From the NCBI RefSeq assembly GCF_006345805.1, contig NC_043001.1:85870001-85934000 (forward strand): DNA of 64,000 bases. Reading direction: 5' to 3'. Source of the DNA: Octopus sinensis. Lineage: Eukaryota. This document shows positions 10,689 to 25,045 of the stretch, piece after piece. Under the pieces are notes generated by a model. The model saw only the letters and a program-made list of their open reading frames with translations, was not told the origin of the DNA and did not search any database. How positions within the stretch are numbered: position 1 is the stretch's first letter; each line of letters starts with the position of its first letter. Position numbers and translations under genes: made by a program.

Positions 10689-13559
10689 TATATATATATA
10701 TAAGCGGCATGAGTAATTTTCATCAGGATGACTCAAGATGATAGGTATGTATTCTGAGTGCACAAATAGATTTGCTATCACAATTCCAATTTGAACAGCA
10801 GTTGAAGTTATGGTTATGTGATTGTTTTTTTCAAACGGGCTTAAGATGGCTTCCCTTTGAATCAGTAGGTGTTAAAATAATGAGGAAAGGCAAATAATTA
10901 GGCAAGGTATGACAAGGATATTTAATTTCATTTACTTAATCTAAATTTAGTTACATAACGAATGGTAAAAAATAGTAACAAAAATCTGTGACAGCTATTT
11001 CTGGGATGTCCCAGCTACTGGAGTCCCATACCGAGCAAAGATGCTGTAAGTTGAGTAATCCGTGAACGGATAGATAAAGATTAGACAATGGAATAATGTT
11101 CCTCGTCAACAGTATTTGTTGTGGTTCAGTATGTCCAGGAATATAGGAGGGTCAAATTAAATCCAATTAGATCGGGTTTTCTTTAGGTAAATCTGCGATC
11201 AGGAAGGATGGTTAGGTAGTACAGCATGGTGGGAGGAAAAGAAGAATGGATATACAGTACTCCATATTGAGGGAAAATGAATGCTAGCAGTTCCAAAGTT
11301 GTGTGAATATTGAGAGGAGGAATATCTAATACATTCTGGTGAGAGAAAAGATAGATAGGTAAGAGGTTTGAATCAGATATATAATGTTCAGTATTTTGAG
11401 AGGTATTCAGTCCAGAGAGAAGGGGAAGGAATAAATAATACACTCTGGTATGAAAAAGACAGGTAGATGAATAGATAAAGGCACTGAAGTAGTATAAGGT
11501 ATTGAAGCAGTATAATGATGGGTTCTTTTGTCTAGGGAATGTAAAGGGAGTGAGTGTAAAGGACTTGTAAATTTGCTTTCCCATCCTAAGAGTAGGGTAC
11601 TACACATGCAAATATCGACAGATAAGGAGAAAAATAAAATAAGACAGGTGCTAGACCAACAGGGATGGGCTTCAATGAAAGTGGGTGGTTGTAGGTAATA
11701 AAGTGGACATAATAATTATTGACATACAATAAACATCACGTGACATCCCCAGCTATGTATTTCTTGCATATCACTGAGTACTACTGAAACACTCACAGGC
11801 ACCATAGCCGCTTTCAGATAAGGACCACGTGATTAAACATCATAAAATCACACACAGGCTCGTTTCAGCCTCTGGATCACAGGCGCTTTGATTCCTGATT
11901 CTGCATTTTCTTCCACAATGCCCTGAGATCCTTGGGGCTGCTTGCGTGCGTACCACCTCTCCTCGGGAATTTCCGATTCATTTGCATTCTCATTGTCCTT
12001 GTTGTGTTCAACACCAATGCCGTGCAGTAATCCCTTCGCCCAGTCCTTTCCTCGTAAATGTCGGCCATCTGGAATTAACCATCTCCGTTTACATGTTAAC
12101 TTACAAATGTTCAAAAGAAACATTAACGGCAACAACCTCACCCTCTAGAATGGTCTCCAAAAGGCACCAGTGTCTTCCTCCAAGCCCAGCAAATAAAAAG
12201 AAATTACCATTACTGGAACCACAACTACGACGATCGTGATCAACATTCTCACTACTACCATCACCACAACTATCATTATCATCTACCACCACCACTACTA
12301 CTACTATTACTACTATTACCAGCTGTCACTACCACAATTGCTGGTACCTCTTCTATTATAATCATTACCATTACATCCATTCTCAGACACTCCGGTCATC
12401 CTCACCACCACCACCATCATCTCATAATCACCTCCACCACTATCTTCCAATCACCACAATTCTTACCACCATCACTACCATCCTCAATTTTCACAATCAC
12501 TTTCACCACTAACCTCACACACTCCATCACAACCATCTCCATCAAATATTCTCAGTCGGAGCCAACGTAGATGCCTCTATGTGGTCGATCAATTCGCTAG
12601 AAATAGCAGCTAAATCTTTAAGTCATCTGGATCATAGGAATATACAAAATGCAAGTAGATGTAAATTAACCTCTTTCTAAAAACAAACAGGTTGGTCATG
12701 GCTGGAATGCTATTGATCATATGTATGCTCAATCAGTGCTGATCATCTGATAAATCAACTCATCAACCCACACAATAATTTGCAGCTCCACCGTCTCTAC
12801 AACGATTTGTAGTCACCAATACCACCACCAACACAATCATCCACAACTTCAAACAATCGTCTTCATCACTACTACTAAAAACACAAAAGCAACAACAACA
12901 ACAGCAACAACAACCTCACATACCACGCAATTGTCTCCACTATCACTACCACCATCACTATCACTACAATTACCGTTAACAATGGCGCCGCAATAGCTCT
13001 GAACAATGAAAGGCGTGTAATTTCGTGAATCTGAACAAGACGAATTACATACGTTAGTTAACTCGTTCTGTTTGAGACATTTCATTCGAACGAATGAATG
13101 AATACAAATAAGAAATTAGAAATAATTAGATTTCAATCATATATTTTTTGTTATTATCATTATTTTTTACTTCATCTTCAATCTATGTAAGCTGCTCTTT
13201 CTTCGAGCAGACGTTATACCTAGCCATCTTCTGCTCCGGATTTTATTATCTCTTTTACTTTTTATTTCCTTTTCCCTATGAGATAAATACAAAATGAAGA
13301 ACAACATAATAAATTAAGTCGTAATTAGAAGACTATAGAGAGACACCATCGGTACATTGATTAATAAGTTAATATTGATGTGAAAAGAAACGAAAAAAAT
13401 ACACGAATCGTAAAAGAAGAAAAAATCAACTGTTGACTGACTGATAATTGTATGAATAAAATGTCTTATTTACTAGAACATTGCTTAATCTTCCGCAATG
13501 ATGATATTATTCTTGATTAAAGTAAAATGGTGTACATATACACACACATACATACACAC

Positions 13560-13599
<40 letters not shown>

Positions 13600-14339
13600 T
13601 TATATACATACATATACATACATATACATAAATACATATACACATGTATATATATATATATATATTATATATGATATATATATATTATATATATATGTAT
13701 GTATATATGTGTGTATATATATATACATGACGAGAGAGAAAGACAGGGAAAGAGATAATATGTTTTATGTCATGTAAAGCGGACTGTTTCTCGGCTTACT
13801 CTGCGAAAATATTTTTGCCGCCAGAGAAATGTTTATCCCGCATAACGAGAATATATAACGCGTCTTGACTATTATAGAATAACTTAAAGTTCTTGTGTCG
13901 CCAAAATGATGTCTGTTTTAGTTCGTTTTCTTTATATCTACTTTCGGTTTATGATTTTTTACAGAAAAAAATGCGATTATTCTTATTCCTTTTTACAATC
14001 ATCTTTTAAATTGTTAGATTTTCATTTATTGCCTTCACTGAAATATATTAAGTTGTAGAAAAAGAATTTCAAATTTAGTTTGTTTTATTAGTTAATTTTT
14101 TATAATGCAATACGTGATTTTTTTAAGTAGTGATAAGCTCCATCACTAAATAGATGGTCCTTCTTTTATAGTCTGTGTGTATATTGTATCATTTTACATC
14201 ACTTAATCGTTAACATTTATGGTTTCCATATTTAATCAGCCACTTTCTATGTGAAGCCGTTAACGGAGAAATGGGGAATTTTAACGTTACCTTCCGTTGT
14301 GTAGTCATGAACAAAGATCAAACCATACAAAAACCCCTT

Positions 14340-14770
14340 ACATGCTGCTGAATTGTGAGCGTGTTCGACAAAATGCTTAGCGGTATTTCTTTCGGCTCTT
14401 TTTGTTCTAGGCTCAAATCTGGCCGAGTTCAAGGTCGCCTTCCATCCTTTTGGAGTTAATAAGTTGAAATACAAGTTAAGTTCTGGGGTCGATATAATCG
14501 ACTTGCCCCATCCCCTCGAAATGGCTGGCCTTCTGTCAAAATTGGAAATAATCATTTGATTCACGTAATGGCGCAGCGGGCTGGAAGAATCGTTAGAGCA
14601 TTGGTAAGAGGTAACTTGCATCATTTCTTCCGACACTATACACAGAGCTCAATTCCGCTGAGGTCAACATTGCCTTTCATCACTGGAGCATAAATATACT
14701 AAGTTCCAGTTAAACATTGGAGTCGATGCGCTCGATTAAACCCCATCTTCTAAAAATCTGCAGGTTTTAT
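14340..14770 (+). mobile_element. Two tandem degenerate MetaSINE-like copies
   Basis: Two heads and two gccttccatcc/gcctttcatc...ggggtcgat cores. Confidence 0.6.
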
Positions 14771-14799
14771 GCCAACATCTGAATATATTATTGAGTATA

Positions 14800-15250
14800 G
14801 GCGCAGGAGTGGCTGTGTGGTAAGTAGCTTGCCTACCAACCACATGGTTCTGGGTTCAGTCCCACTCCGTAGCATCTTGGGCAAGTGTCTTCTGCTATAG
14901 CCTCGGGCCGACCAAAATCTAGTGAGTGGATTTGGAAGACGGAAACTGAAAGAAGCCTGTCGTATATGTGTATATATATATATGTATGTATGTATGTGTG
15001 TGTGTGTGTGTGTGTGTTGTGTGTGTGTGTGTATTTGTGTGTCTGTGTTTGTCCCTCTAGCATTGCTTGACAACCGATGCTGGTGTGTTTACGTCCCCGT
15101 GACTTAGCGGTTCGGCCAAAGAGACCGATAGATAAGTACTGGGCTTACAAAGAATAAGTCCTGGGGTCGAATTGGTCGATTAAAGGTGGTGCTCCAGCAT
15201 GGCCGCAGTCAAATGACTGAAACAAGTAAAAGAGTAAAAGAGTAAAGAGT
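14800..15250 (+). mobile_element. Full-length bipartite tRNA-derived SINE with central (TA)/(TG) microsatellite
   Basis: ggcgcaggagtggctgtgtggtaag head with gggttcagtccc B-box, ttgggcaagtg core, microsatellite spacer, ttgacaaccgatgctggtg 3' half and gtaaaaga tail. More than ten copies occur in the window. Confidence 0.85.
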
Positions 15251-15404
15251 ATTGCGTTAATGGGTAATAAACCAGTAGACCCGTTAGGGGCTGGAAAAAA
15301 TGCCTTGCTACGTTTGTTTCAGCTCTTTAGGTTATGCCTTCAAATTCCACTGAGACAAGTTAAGCTAATCAGAAAGATATCCCTCATCGTCCTGATGGCG
15401 GAAA

Positions 15405-15670
15405 TAGCGGAAAAAACTAGGAGCTCTCCGTCGGTTACGACGACGAAGGTCCCAGCTGAAACGATCAACGGAACAGCTTGCTCGTGAAATTAACGTGCAA
15501 GTGACTGAGCAATCCACAGACACGTGTACCCTTAACGTAGTTATCAGGGAGATTCAGTTCAGCGTGACACAGAGTGTGACAAGGCCGGCCCTTTGAAATA
15601 CAGGTACAACTCACTTTTGCCAGCTGAGTGGACTGGAGCAACGTGAAATAAAGTGTCTTGCTCAAGGACC
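15405..15670 (-). mobile_element. SINE, third family (partial)
   Basis: Shares gatcaacggaacag...gtgcaagtg...cacagacacgtgtacc with 16355-16603 and the cttgagcaagacact core with 4370-4637. Confidence 0.6.
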
Positions 15671-15721
15671 TATCAGACTTACTTTCAGTTTCATACTCCT
15701 TCCTTCTCTCCCCTCTCTCCA

Positions 15722-15798
<77 letters not shown>

Positions 15799-15850
15799 TG
15801 TGTGTGTGTGTGTGGTGTGTGTGTGACTGTGTCTGTGTGTGTGCATGTGT

Positions 15851-16275
15851 ATGTATAATTTTAGAGAATCAGTAAGTTGTCATAATAGTACTCGGAGTTT
15901 CAAATACCGGAGCTAAGAGCTACAGTGTATTCTCGTCGGTTATGTGTGTGGATATGAGGATATGTATGAGTACGTACATGCACATATATTTTTGTGTATG
16001 TATGTACATATACATATACATATACATGTTTGTGTGATTGTGTACCTATGTAGATGGTATGAACGCAGGACATTTTATGGCTATGTATTGTAAGATTATG
16101 GTTGCGCGTATTTTTTATCTTTTATATTTTTTCTACCTATTAGAGTAACTTCCCTTTTATTCAACGGTTTTTCATAGCGTCTGTTGCCATTAATAGCCGA
16201 CGAGAATGCATTGTAGCTCTTAGCTCCGACATTTGAAACTACGTGGCAACTTACAGATTGTCCTAAATTATACAT
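15851..16275. mobile_element. MITE-like element with ~90-bp imperfect terminal inverted repeats
   Basis: agtttcaaataccggagctaagagctacagtgtattctcgtcggtta (15896-15942) is mirrored at 16194-16240. Pairing extends with an indel to atgtataatt ends. Confidence 0.7.
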
Positions 16276-16354
16276 ATGTAAATAATCCTCTATTTACCTA
16301 ATATCGAGATTTCCTTTTTCTGTAGTCACATTTTATTAATATTATATATATATA

Positions 16355-16603
16355 TCGTGGCACTCCATCGGTTATGACGATGAGGGTTCCAGTTGATCCG
16401 ATCAACGGAACAGACTGCACGTGAAATTAGCGTGCAAGTGGCGGAGCACTCCACAGACACGTGTACCGATAACGTAGTTCTCGGAGAGATCCAACGTGAT
16501 ACAGGTTTTCGCTCAATAAACACTCACAACGCCCGGTCTGAGAATGGAAACTGCGTTCATACGACCGTGATTCCGCTGCCCTAACCACTTGGCCATTGCA
16601 CCT
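16355..16603 (-). mobile_element. tRNA-headed SINE, third family
   Basis: Head gcaatggccaagtggttagggcagcgg on the minus strand; homologous to 15405-15670. Confidence 0.65.
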
Positions 16604-16605
16604 CT

Positions 16606-16636
<31 letters not shown>

Positions 16637-17129
16637 TGTATGTGAATATATAGTGTGTGTGTGTGTGCGCGCGGACGTGTAGGTGCCTATGTGGGTATGT
16701 GTGTGAGTACTGCATGTTATGGAAAAATATTAACTTGGTTGATTGTGGGGCTAAAATTAGCAGTCATATATTCTTCACTCTCACCACAAGGTCTCGAAAA
16801 TGGAAATGCACCACGAAAAATACAGAATAAAACGATATCAAGAATCAAAGATGAGATGTCCACAGTTTGATCCTCTTTGATTATCGGTCTGCTCAATCCT
16901 AAGGCTAAACGACAGCCATAAAAAGAACAAATTTGGCCTTGCGCCTCCGAAGGAAATTAATTTTGTCCAGCGATGTTTCGTAATGTAAACAAGAGTTGCT
17001 ATAACTGAAAATGTAGACATTTTTAGCACGTATGGCTGTAGCATAGATTGATATTTGATTGGGAATAAACATTGATTGAAAGATGATATCCGTCGTAAGA
17101 AGAGCAAAACTAAAAACACGTACAATAAC

Positions 17130-17134
17130 GATGC

Positions 17135-17175
<41 letters not shown>

Positions 17176-17183
17176 ATAATAAC

Positions 17184-17237
<54 letters not shown>

Positions 17238-17315
17238 TATTATTATTATTATTATTATTATATTATTATTATTATTATTATTTTTATTATGATAATAATA
17301 ATAATAGTAATAATA

Positions 17316-17365
<50 letters not shown>
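17130..17365. repeat. (GCT)n-(GAT)n-(AAT)n-(ATT)n-(AAT)n compound microsatellite
   Basis: Directly visible. Confidence 0.9.
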
Positions 17366-17485
17366 TTGACAACGTGGTAATTAGCTCTTTCGTATTAATA
17401 CCGATATATTAGTAATTGTAAGGCAACGTAAACAAAATCACAACTCACATACAAATACACACACACACACACACACACATCGCTT

Positions 17486-17519
<34 letters not shown>

Positions 17520-17642
17520 GTACACACAAACATAAATAATTTTCAAATATAACATTAGTAAAAGAGAAATAATAACAAACAAAAAAAAATAGTGTCGGGA
17601 ATTTGTTCAAATAAAGCGTTAATAATAAATTAGAGATGAGTG

Positions 17643-17682
<40 letters not shown>

Positions 17683-17789
17683 ATGTATATGTACATGTAT
17701 AGGCATATATATATATATATATATATAAACGTCAATAAAATATAAATAAAAACAAAATTGAAGACCGACACGCACACACGCACACACAC

Positions 17790-17878
17790 ACACACATGTT
17801 ATATATATATATATGTATGTGTATATATGTATATATATATGATTATGTACATATGTTTATATGAATATGTGTATATAC

Positions 17879-17951
<73 letters not shown>

Positions 17952-18300
17952 TATATACATATATACATATATATTATATATATATTATACATAGACACAC
18001 ACACATATATATGAATATATGGGAGCGTGACGTAAGAGAAGAGGAAGCACCGCAAACAACCAAACACACAAGTAAACAATGGTAAATTGAATTTAATCAC
18101 CTTGCATTGTTATTATAATATTATTGGTTCATGTTATTTACAGAGGCCTTTGCAAGTTTTTTTCCTTTTCTGTCAATAATGTTTTTATTTCATAAATACC
18201 GGAATGTATTCCTGATGTTATTTATGAGGCAAAAAAGGAAAAAAAAATTTCATATTTGTGAGAGAGGTAAACGCATACACACACACATGTATGTATGTGT

Positions 18301-18366
<66 letters not shown>

Positions 18367-18439
18367 TATATATACATATATATAATATATATATATGTAT
18401 TTATAATATATATATAGAGATATATATATATATATTTAT

Positions 18440-18508
<69 letters not shown>

Positions 18509-18637
18509 TACATACATTTGTATGCATACATATATGTATATGCGTTGTATGTTTCTGTATATATCTGCTGTATGTATATCTATCTATATATGTATCAATC
18601 TATCTATATATATATGTGTGTAAAAGGATTTATACAT

Positions 18638-18678
<41 letters not shown>

Positions 18679-18706
18679 CGTGTATATATATATACATACG
18701 CATATA

Positions 18707-18738
<32 letters not shown>

Positions 18739-18800
18739 ACGCAACCACACATATCTATCTATATATGCATGCGTGTATGTATATATGTATAAAAAGTACC
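17790..18800. repeat. Degenerate (TA)n-rich tracts
   Basis: Directly visible; source of the I/Y-rich pseudo-ORFs. Confidence 0.9.
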
Positions 18801-19219
18801 TTGCTATATAAATAGCATGATAACTTACTACCAAAGGTGAAATATAGATCTCGATTTCGTCTCTAAATAAGTTTTGGTTGAATATCAATAAAAGAGGCTG
18901 GCCAAAATATTTGCTCTCCATTAACTTCATTAAATACGGTATTTACTGAACCATTCCAAATCCTCGTGCAAATAACAAAATAATTGGGGAAATGCGAAAC
19001 ACTGTCATCGCTTTCTCTTTCCTTTTTAGTTATCAATTTTTTATTTATTTACCTTTAGTGGTCATATTGGCTGAATAGGTAAGATGGTAGACAAAATGCT
19101 AAGCAGTATATTTGCGTTCAAACATGGTCTTTGTCTCTTTTAAAATAAGTAACATCTGTTATTGGTCACGTTCTCTAAATAAAATACTCCTCTCGCCGAG
19201 TGCTGTTAATAATCTTATA

Positions 19220-19650
19220 TCTTTTTATCTTTCACTTGTTTCAGTCACCAGACTGCGGTCATGCTGGAGCACTGCCTTAGAGAATTTTTAGTCGAATGAA
19301 TCGGCTCCAGGACTTATTTTTTAAGCCTGGTACTTATTCTATCTGTCTTTTGCCAAACCGTTAAGCTACAGGGACACAAACACACTAATACCTGTTTTCA
19401 CGCAGTGGGAGGAGAGGATAAACTTAGACACACACTCACACATACACACACACACACCACACACACACAACACACACACCACACACACACACACACAAAT
19501 ATATATGTACGTATGACGGGCTTCTTCCAGTTTCTGTCCACCAAATCACTCACAAGGCGTTGGTCGGCCCGAGGCGATAGTAGAAGACACTTGCCGAAAT
19601 TGGGACAGAACGCGGAACCATATGGTTTGAAAGACAGCTTCTTTATTTCA
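19220..19650 (-). mobile_element. Bipartite SINE (family of 14800-15250)
   Basis: Reverse complement of the head, core and tail. Confidence 0.8.
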
Positions 19651-19861
19651 TGAAATTGACCATGAAGGCCGTATATAGAGGGAAAACACAAGACAAAAAA
19701 AGATGAATTGAATATAATGAAAAAATGGAATGAAGCCGTTCGGCCCCACCCCCGAGTGAGTTCATTGCACCTGTTAATACAACCCTTTTCTTTTTAACAT
19801 TAATTTAAATTACCATTGAAAATGTCTATGTCAATTTCCTTTAAAATGTAAGCATAATTAC

Positions 19862-21660
19862 CCTTTTAGGTATTTTGCTGGTGTTCATTTTGGTAACCCA
19901 CCAATCGAGATCAGTTTCTTTTTCGTAATTTATCAATTTTGAGAGGTATTCCGGATCCGCCACTGCACAGAAAACGACTTCGGGCAACCCTTTTACCCTT
20001 GTTATGTCCACTTCTATTGCTTTTTCCCATGTCTTCATCTCGTTGCAAAGTTCTTCTTTATTTCTGTTATATAATTATAACAAATTTATCCATGGGCCAG
20101 GGTGGGGAAATTTGGGGCTCCTATGTGTTTGTGCTTGTGTTTATGTCAGGCGGGGTATGGAGAGTGTTGGTGTCTTGCAGGATTTATTTCGAACCTACCC
20201 TTTCGTTCTACCAGGTTTGGTAAAGCAAAATGCAAGTCAAATATTACCTCATTTACTGTTCTGTTTTTACAATAAGCACCAGCAATTCTTGGTCCTGTAT
20301 ATATTGGTTTCAAATTTTGGCAGATGGCCAGCAAATATCGGGTGAGGAGCTAACTTGACTACATCGACCCCAGTCAAATCACCTAGTACTTATTTCATCG
20401 ACCATGAAAGGATGAAAGCTAAAGTCGACCACGGCGGAAATTGAACTCAGAACATAAGGACGGACGAAATGCCACCAAGCATTATGCCCGGCGTGCTAAC
20501 GATTCTACCTGCTCGCCGCTTTCTGTTCTGTATATATTAATTTCTGCTCTAGGCACAAGGCTCAACATTTGGGGGGGAGGGAGCCAATTGCAACTGGTGC
20601 TTAATTTATCGACCCCGAAAGGTTGAAAGGCAAAGTCGACCTCGGGGAAATTTGAACTCAGAACGTAAAGACAGACGGAATACCGCTAAGCATTTCGTCC
20701 GGTGTGCTAACGATTCTGCCAGCTCGCCGCCCTCCGTTCTGTATATATTAAAATACCAATCAGCTGCTAGGATTGATCTGGTTATGTATATTCTCCTACA
20801 AAACATACGACTATTTTTTGTCTTGGCACAATCTTCAGCGCGTCGGAAAAGTATTTTGTAGTATTTCTTTCGATTCTATAGTTCGGCGTTAAAATACTGT
20901 TAAAGTTAGCTTTGCTTTTCATCCCACCAGGATCGATAAAATAAAATACGAATCCCGTACTGTGGCGATATATAAGGAATTAAACCCTCTCCTCAAATTC
21001 CTAGCTTGTGCCTATGTTAGAAATAATTATTAGTATTACTCGAGAATTGGCAGAGTACTGGGAAAAAATGACTTGTCATATTTAGTTAAATCTATTATGT
21101 TTCTGTGTAAAAATTGCCTCAAGGATATACATAATGAATTAATTTTCACCAGAAAAAGCATGTTTCAAAACAGACAACACGATACATGTCTACCAGATAT
21201 TCTCTGAAACTCGCTCTGGTCTGGTATATTATTGCTAAATAATATATGTTGGAAAATCACTTTCTCTCTTGATATTCTGAGGCCATATGGTAACCGAATG
21301 TTTATCCACTATCTTCTAATGCTTCAATTTACTCCTGCATCCAGAAAAAAGATCCAGTTGCAACAAGTAGTTTTGTAAAGATTCCCAGGTTTTTAAAGTA
21401 AAGATAAATTAGGTAGCCATACGTTAACAGGCATGGGAGGCCAAGAGAAATTTTACGTCCCTTATAAGAGACCGGGTAGCGACTGGTCACTTCTTTGTCC
21501 CTCCCTTGTTGCTATGCCTCTGGGTGCTACCGTTAATTATCTATCCATCAAAAATATCTCCAATGTACAGCTCGGGGTTGAAATATCCCTTTTCAAGAAG
21601 AGAAACAGTAGCAGGACCAAACTTTTTTAGACCCACCTAGAGACTGTTATCAGCAGATAG
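19862..21660 (-). mobile_element. Possible ancient L1/Tx1-like LINE remnant interrupted by SINEs
   Basis: Broken motifs in L1 order: LKKFG..YFNP, IING...GGTKK*P (cf. RGTRQGCP), SLQNYLLQLDLFSG, FALPNL, KTWEKAIEVDI. Similarity is weak. Confidence 0.35.
20340..20730 (-). mobile_element. Two tandem MetaSINE-like copies
   Basis: Two copies of aaagtcgacc...ttgaactcagaac...gctaacgattctg. Confidence 0.8.
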
Positions 21661-22287
21661 CAAGCCTAATAAATTACAGCTTAATATTTTTACAAAAATT
21701 TTATCTAGAAAGGCAGCGAGTAGACGGCGTGTAGACGGTGAGATTCAAATATTTTCAACAGAATGAACTGAACTGTTAAACTGGGCAACAAATTACGCTG
21801 ATAGTTCAAAGGCAATAATATGATTATCAACCGTTCTTTATCTGTAGACACCTTTGGTTCCGACTTAACTTAACTGGCCTTCATTAGCCATTGATCTTTA
21901 AAAAGTCTTGTTATATTTTCATAATTAAATATTATTAGGAATTGTTTTTAAAAATTTGAAAAAAAATTTCATGTATTGTAGAAATAAAACCAATTTATCG
22001 CAGATAAATGTTAAAAACAATATCTTATATGGACCCCGGTGTTAAGGTATTAGTAAATATTTTAAGTTGAGAAAACTTAATGATTCAATCGCCCATCAAC
22101 CATTGTCCAACAAAAATTACGGAATAACTTGCGAGCAAGGCAAGAGACTGCTTTGTACCTGAAAATCATGTTATAATAATTTTAGTTGTTTCTTTTTATT
22201 ACAGCATATATAAATACCTACATATACATGCGCATATACTTGTGTATGTGTATGTGTGTATATAGGTATATATGTGCTATGTGTATG

Positions 22288-22321
<34 letters not shown>

Positions 22322-22879
22322 AATATATATCCATATATACATATACACATATACTACATGTATGTGTTACACGTAGGACAACCTCTGCGTGTGTGTGTGT
22401 GAGAGCTTGCGTGTGAGTGTGTGTGTGTCTGTGTGTATGTGTGTGTGTGTCTGTGTGTATGTGTGTGTGTGTTATGAATAAAAGTAGTTCAATGAAGTCA
22501 ATCAAATATATACGTAGATGTTCAATATCACAAGTTTCGATCCTGCTTTCAAGAGATAAACAAGGAATCAATCGTTCCATTAACTACAGTCAAACATCTT
22601 GTTTCCACACAATATAGTGATCGTCTGCATCTTTTGATAGAGATATGAAGGGAAATGTAAAATCAAAGTAAAACCTAACGGGAAAATACTAACACCATCC
22701 ACTCTCCTTTTCTCTTACTCTCACTCTTATCCTCCCCTTCTCTCTCTCTTTCTTTCTCTCTCTCTCCCTATGTATTTATGTATATGCATGTATATATATG
22801 TATATATCTGTCGGCTGCTAGCTCTTGTTCTCCTTCCATGTAAATATTTGTTGCAAGATATTAAGCTTCTGCCTTCTTT

Positions 22880-24195
<1,316 letters not shown>

Positions 24196-24555
24196 TTTGA
24201 TTATGCTTATTTTTATATAAATTATTTATATTTTTTATATTTTTCTTTCTATATATATTTTTTCCAATTTTGTAACTCGTCTTTTATGTTTTGTTTGCAA
24301 TAATAATTCTGTTACTCCATCATCGGTTTGTGATCTTTGAGATATTATTTTCTGGATAAAATAATTTTAGCGCCACTCGTCATGGCGTTTTAATGGAGAT
24401 GAAACTCATTAGATTAATCTTATGGCTATTATTCACTACTGGCTTAAATCCTTTCCCTCTAACCTTTGAGGTCAGCTTTCTTTGAAACGTGTGGCTCATA
24501 CGTTAGTTATATTATTTACATTCGAGGGATATTTGTCCTCATCTTGTTTGTTGTT

Positions 24556-24601
24556 AACACAACGTTTCGGCTGATATACCCTCCAGTCTTCTTCAGGTGT
24601 C
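24556..24601 (-). ncRNA. Minimal type I hammerhead ribozyme motif (inverted arm)
   Basis: GACAC-CUGAAGA-A-GaCUG(gagggtatat)CAGcC-GAAAC-GUU-GUGUU on the minus strand. Confidence 0.62.
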
Positions 24602-24885
24602 TTGAAGAAATTTCGAACCTGGGTTCTCATTCCTAAGGTATTGAGGTGTTAAGAGCGCGGGCTGCTAACCCCAAGATTCCGAGTTCGATTCCAAGCAGTG
24701 ACCCGAACAATAACAATGATAATAATAATAATAATGATAATAATAATAATAATAATAATAACAATAATAATAATAATAACAACAAAAACCACAACAACAA
24801 CAACACTAATAATAATAACAATTATAATAATGATAATAATAATGATAATAATAATAATAACAAAAACCACAACATCAACAACAAC

Positions 24886-24938
<53 letters not shown>

Positions 24939-24999
24939 CAACAACAACAACATCGAAAAATACCTAAGGAAAGAGAACACAGGCTCAAAATTTTCCCTA

Positions 25000-25045
25000 G
25001 ACACCTGAAGAAAACTGGAGGGTATATCAGCCGAAACGTTGTGTT
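25000..25045 (+). ncRNA. Minimal type I hammerhead ribozyme motif
   Basis: GACAC-CUGAAGA-A-aaCUG(gagggtatat)CAGcc-GAAAC-GUU-GUGUU: core boxes present, stem I pairs, stem III is the palindrome ACGU, stem II partly mismatched. Confidence 0.6.

Noticed and set aside
10750-12180. Minus-strand ORFs and a possible decayed retroelement RT
   Set aside because: Only faint motifs (e.g. IRYVTKF); too weak to classify.
24646-24705. tRNA-Ser gene
   Set aside because: It lacks the acceptor stem and most of the D-arm, and the T-stem is mispaired; treated as a SINE-type head.
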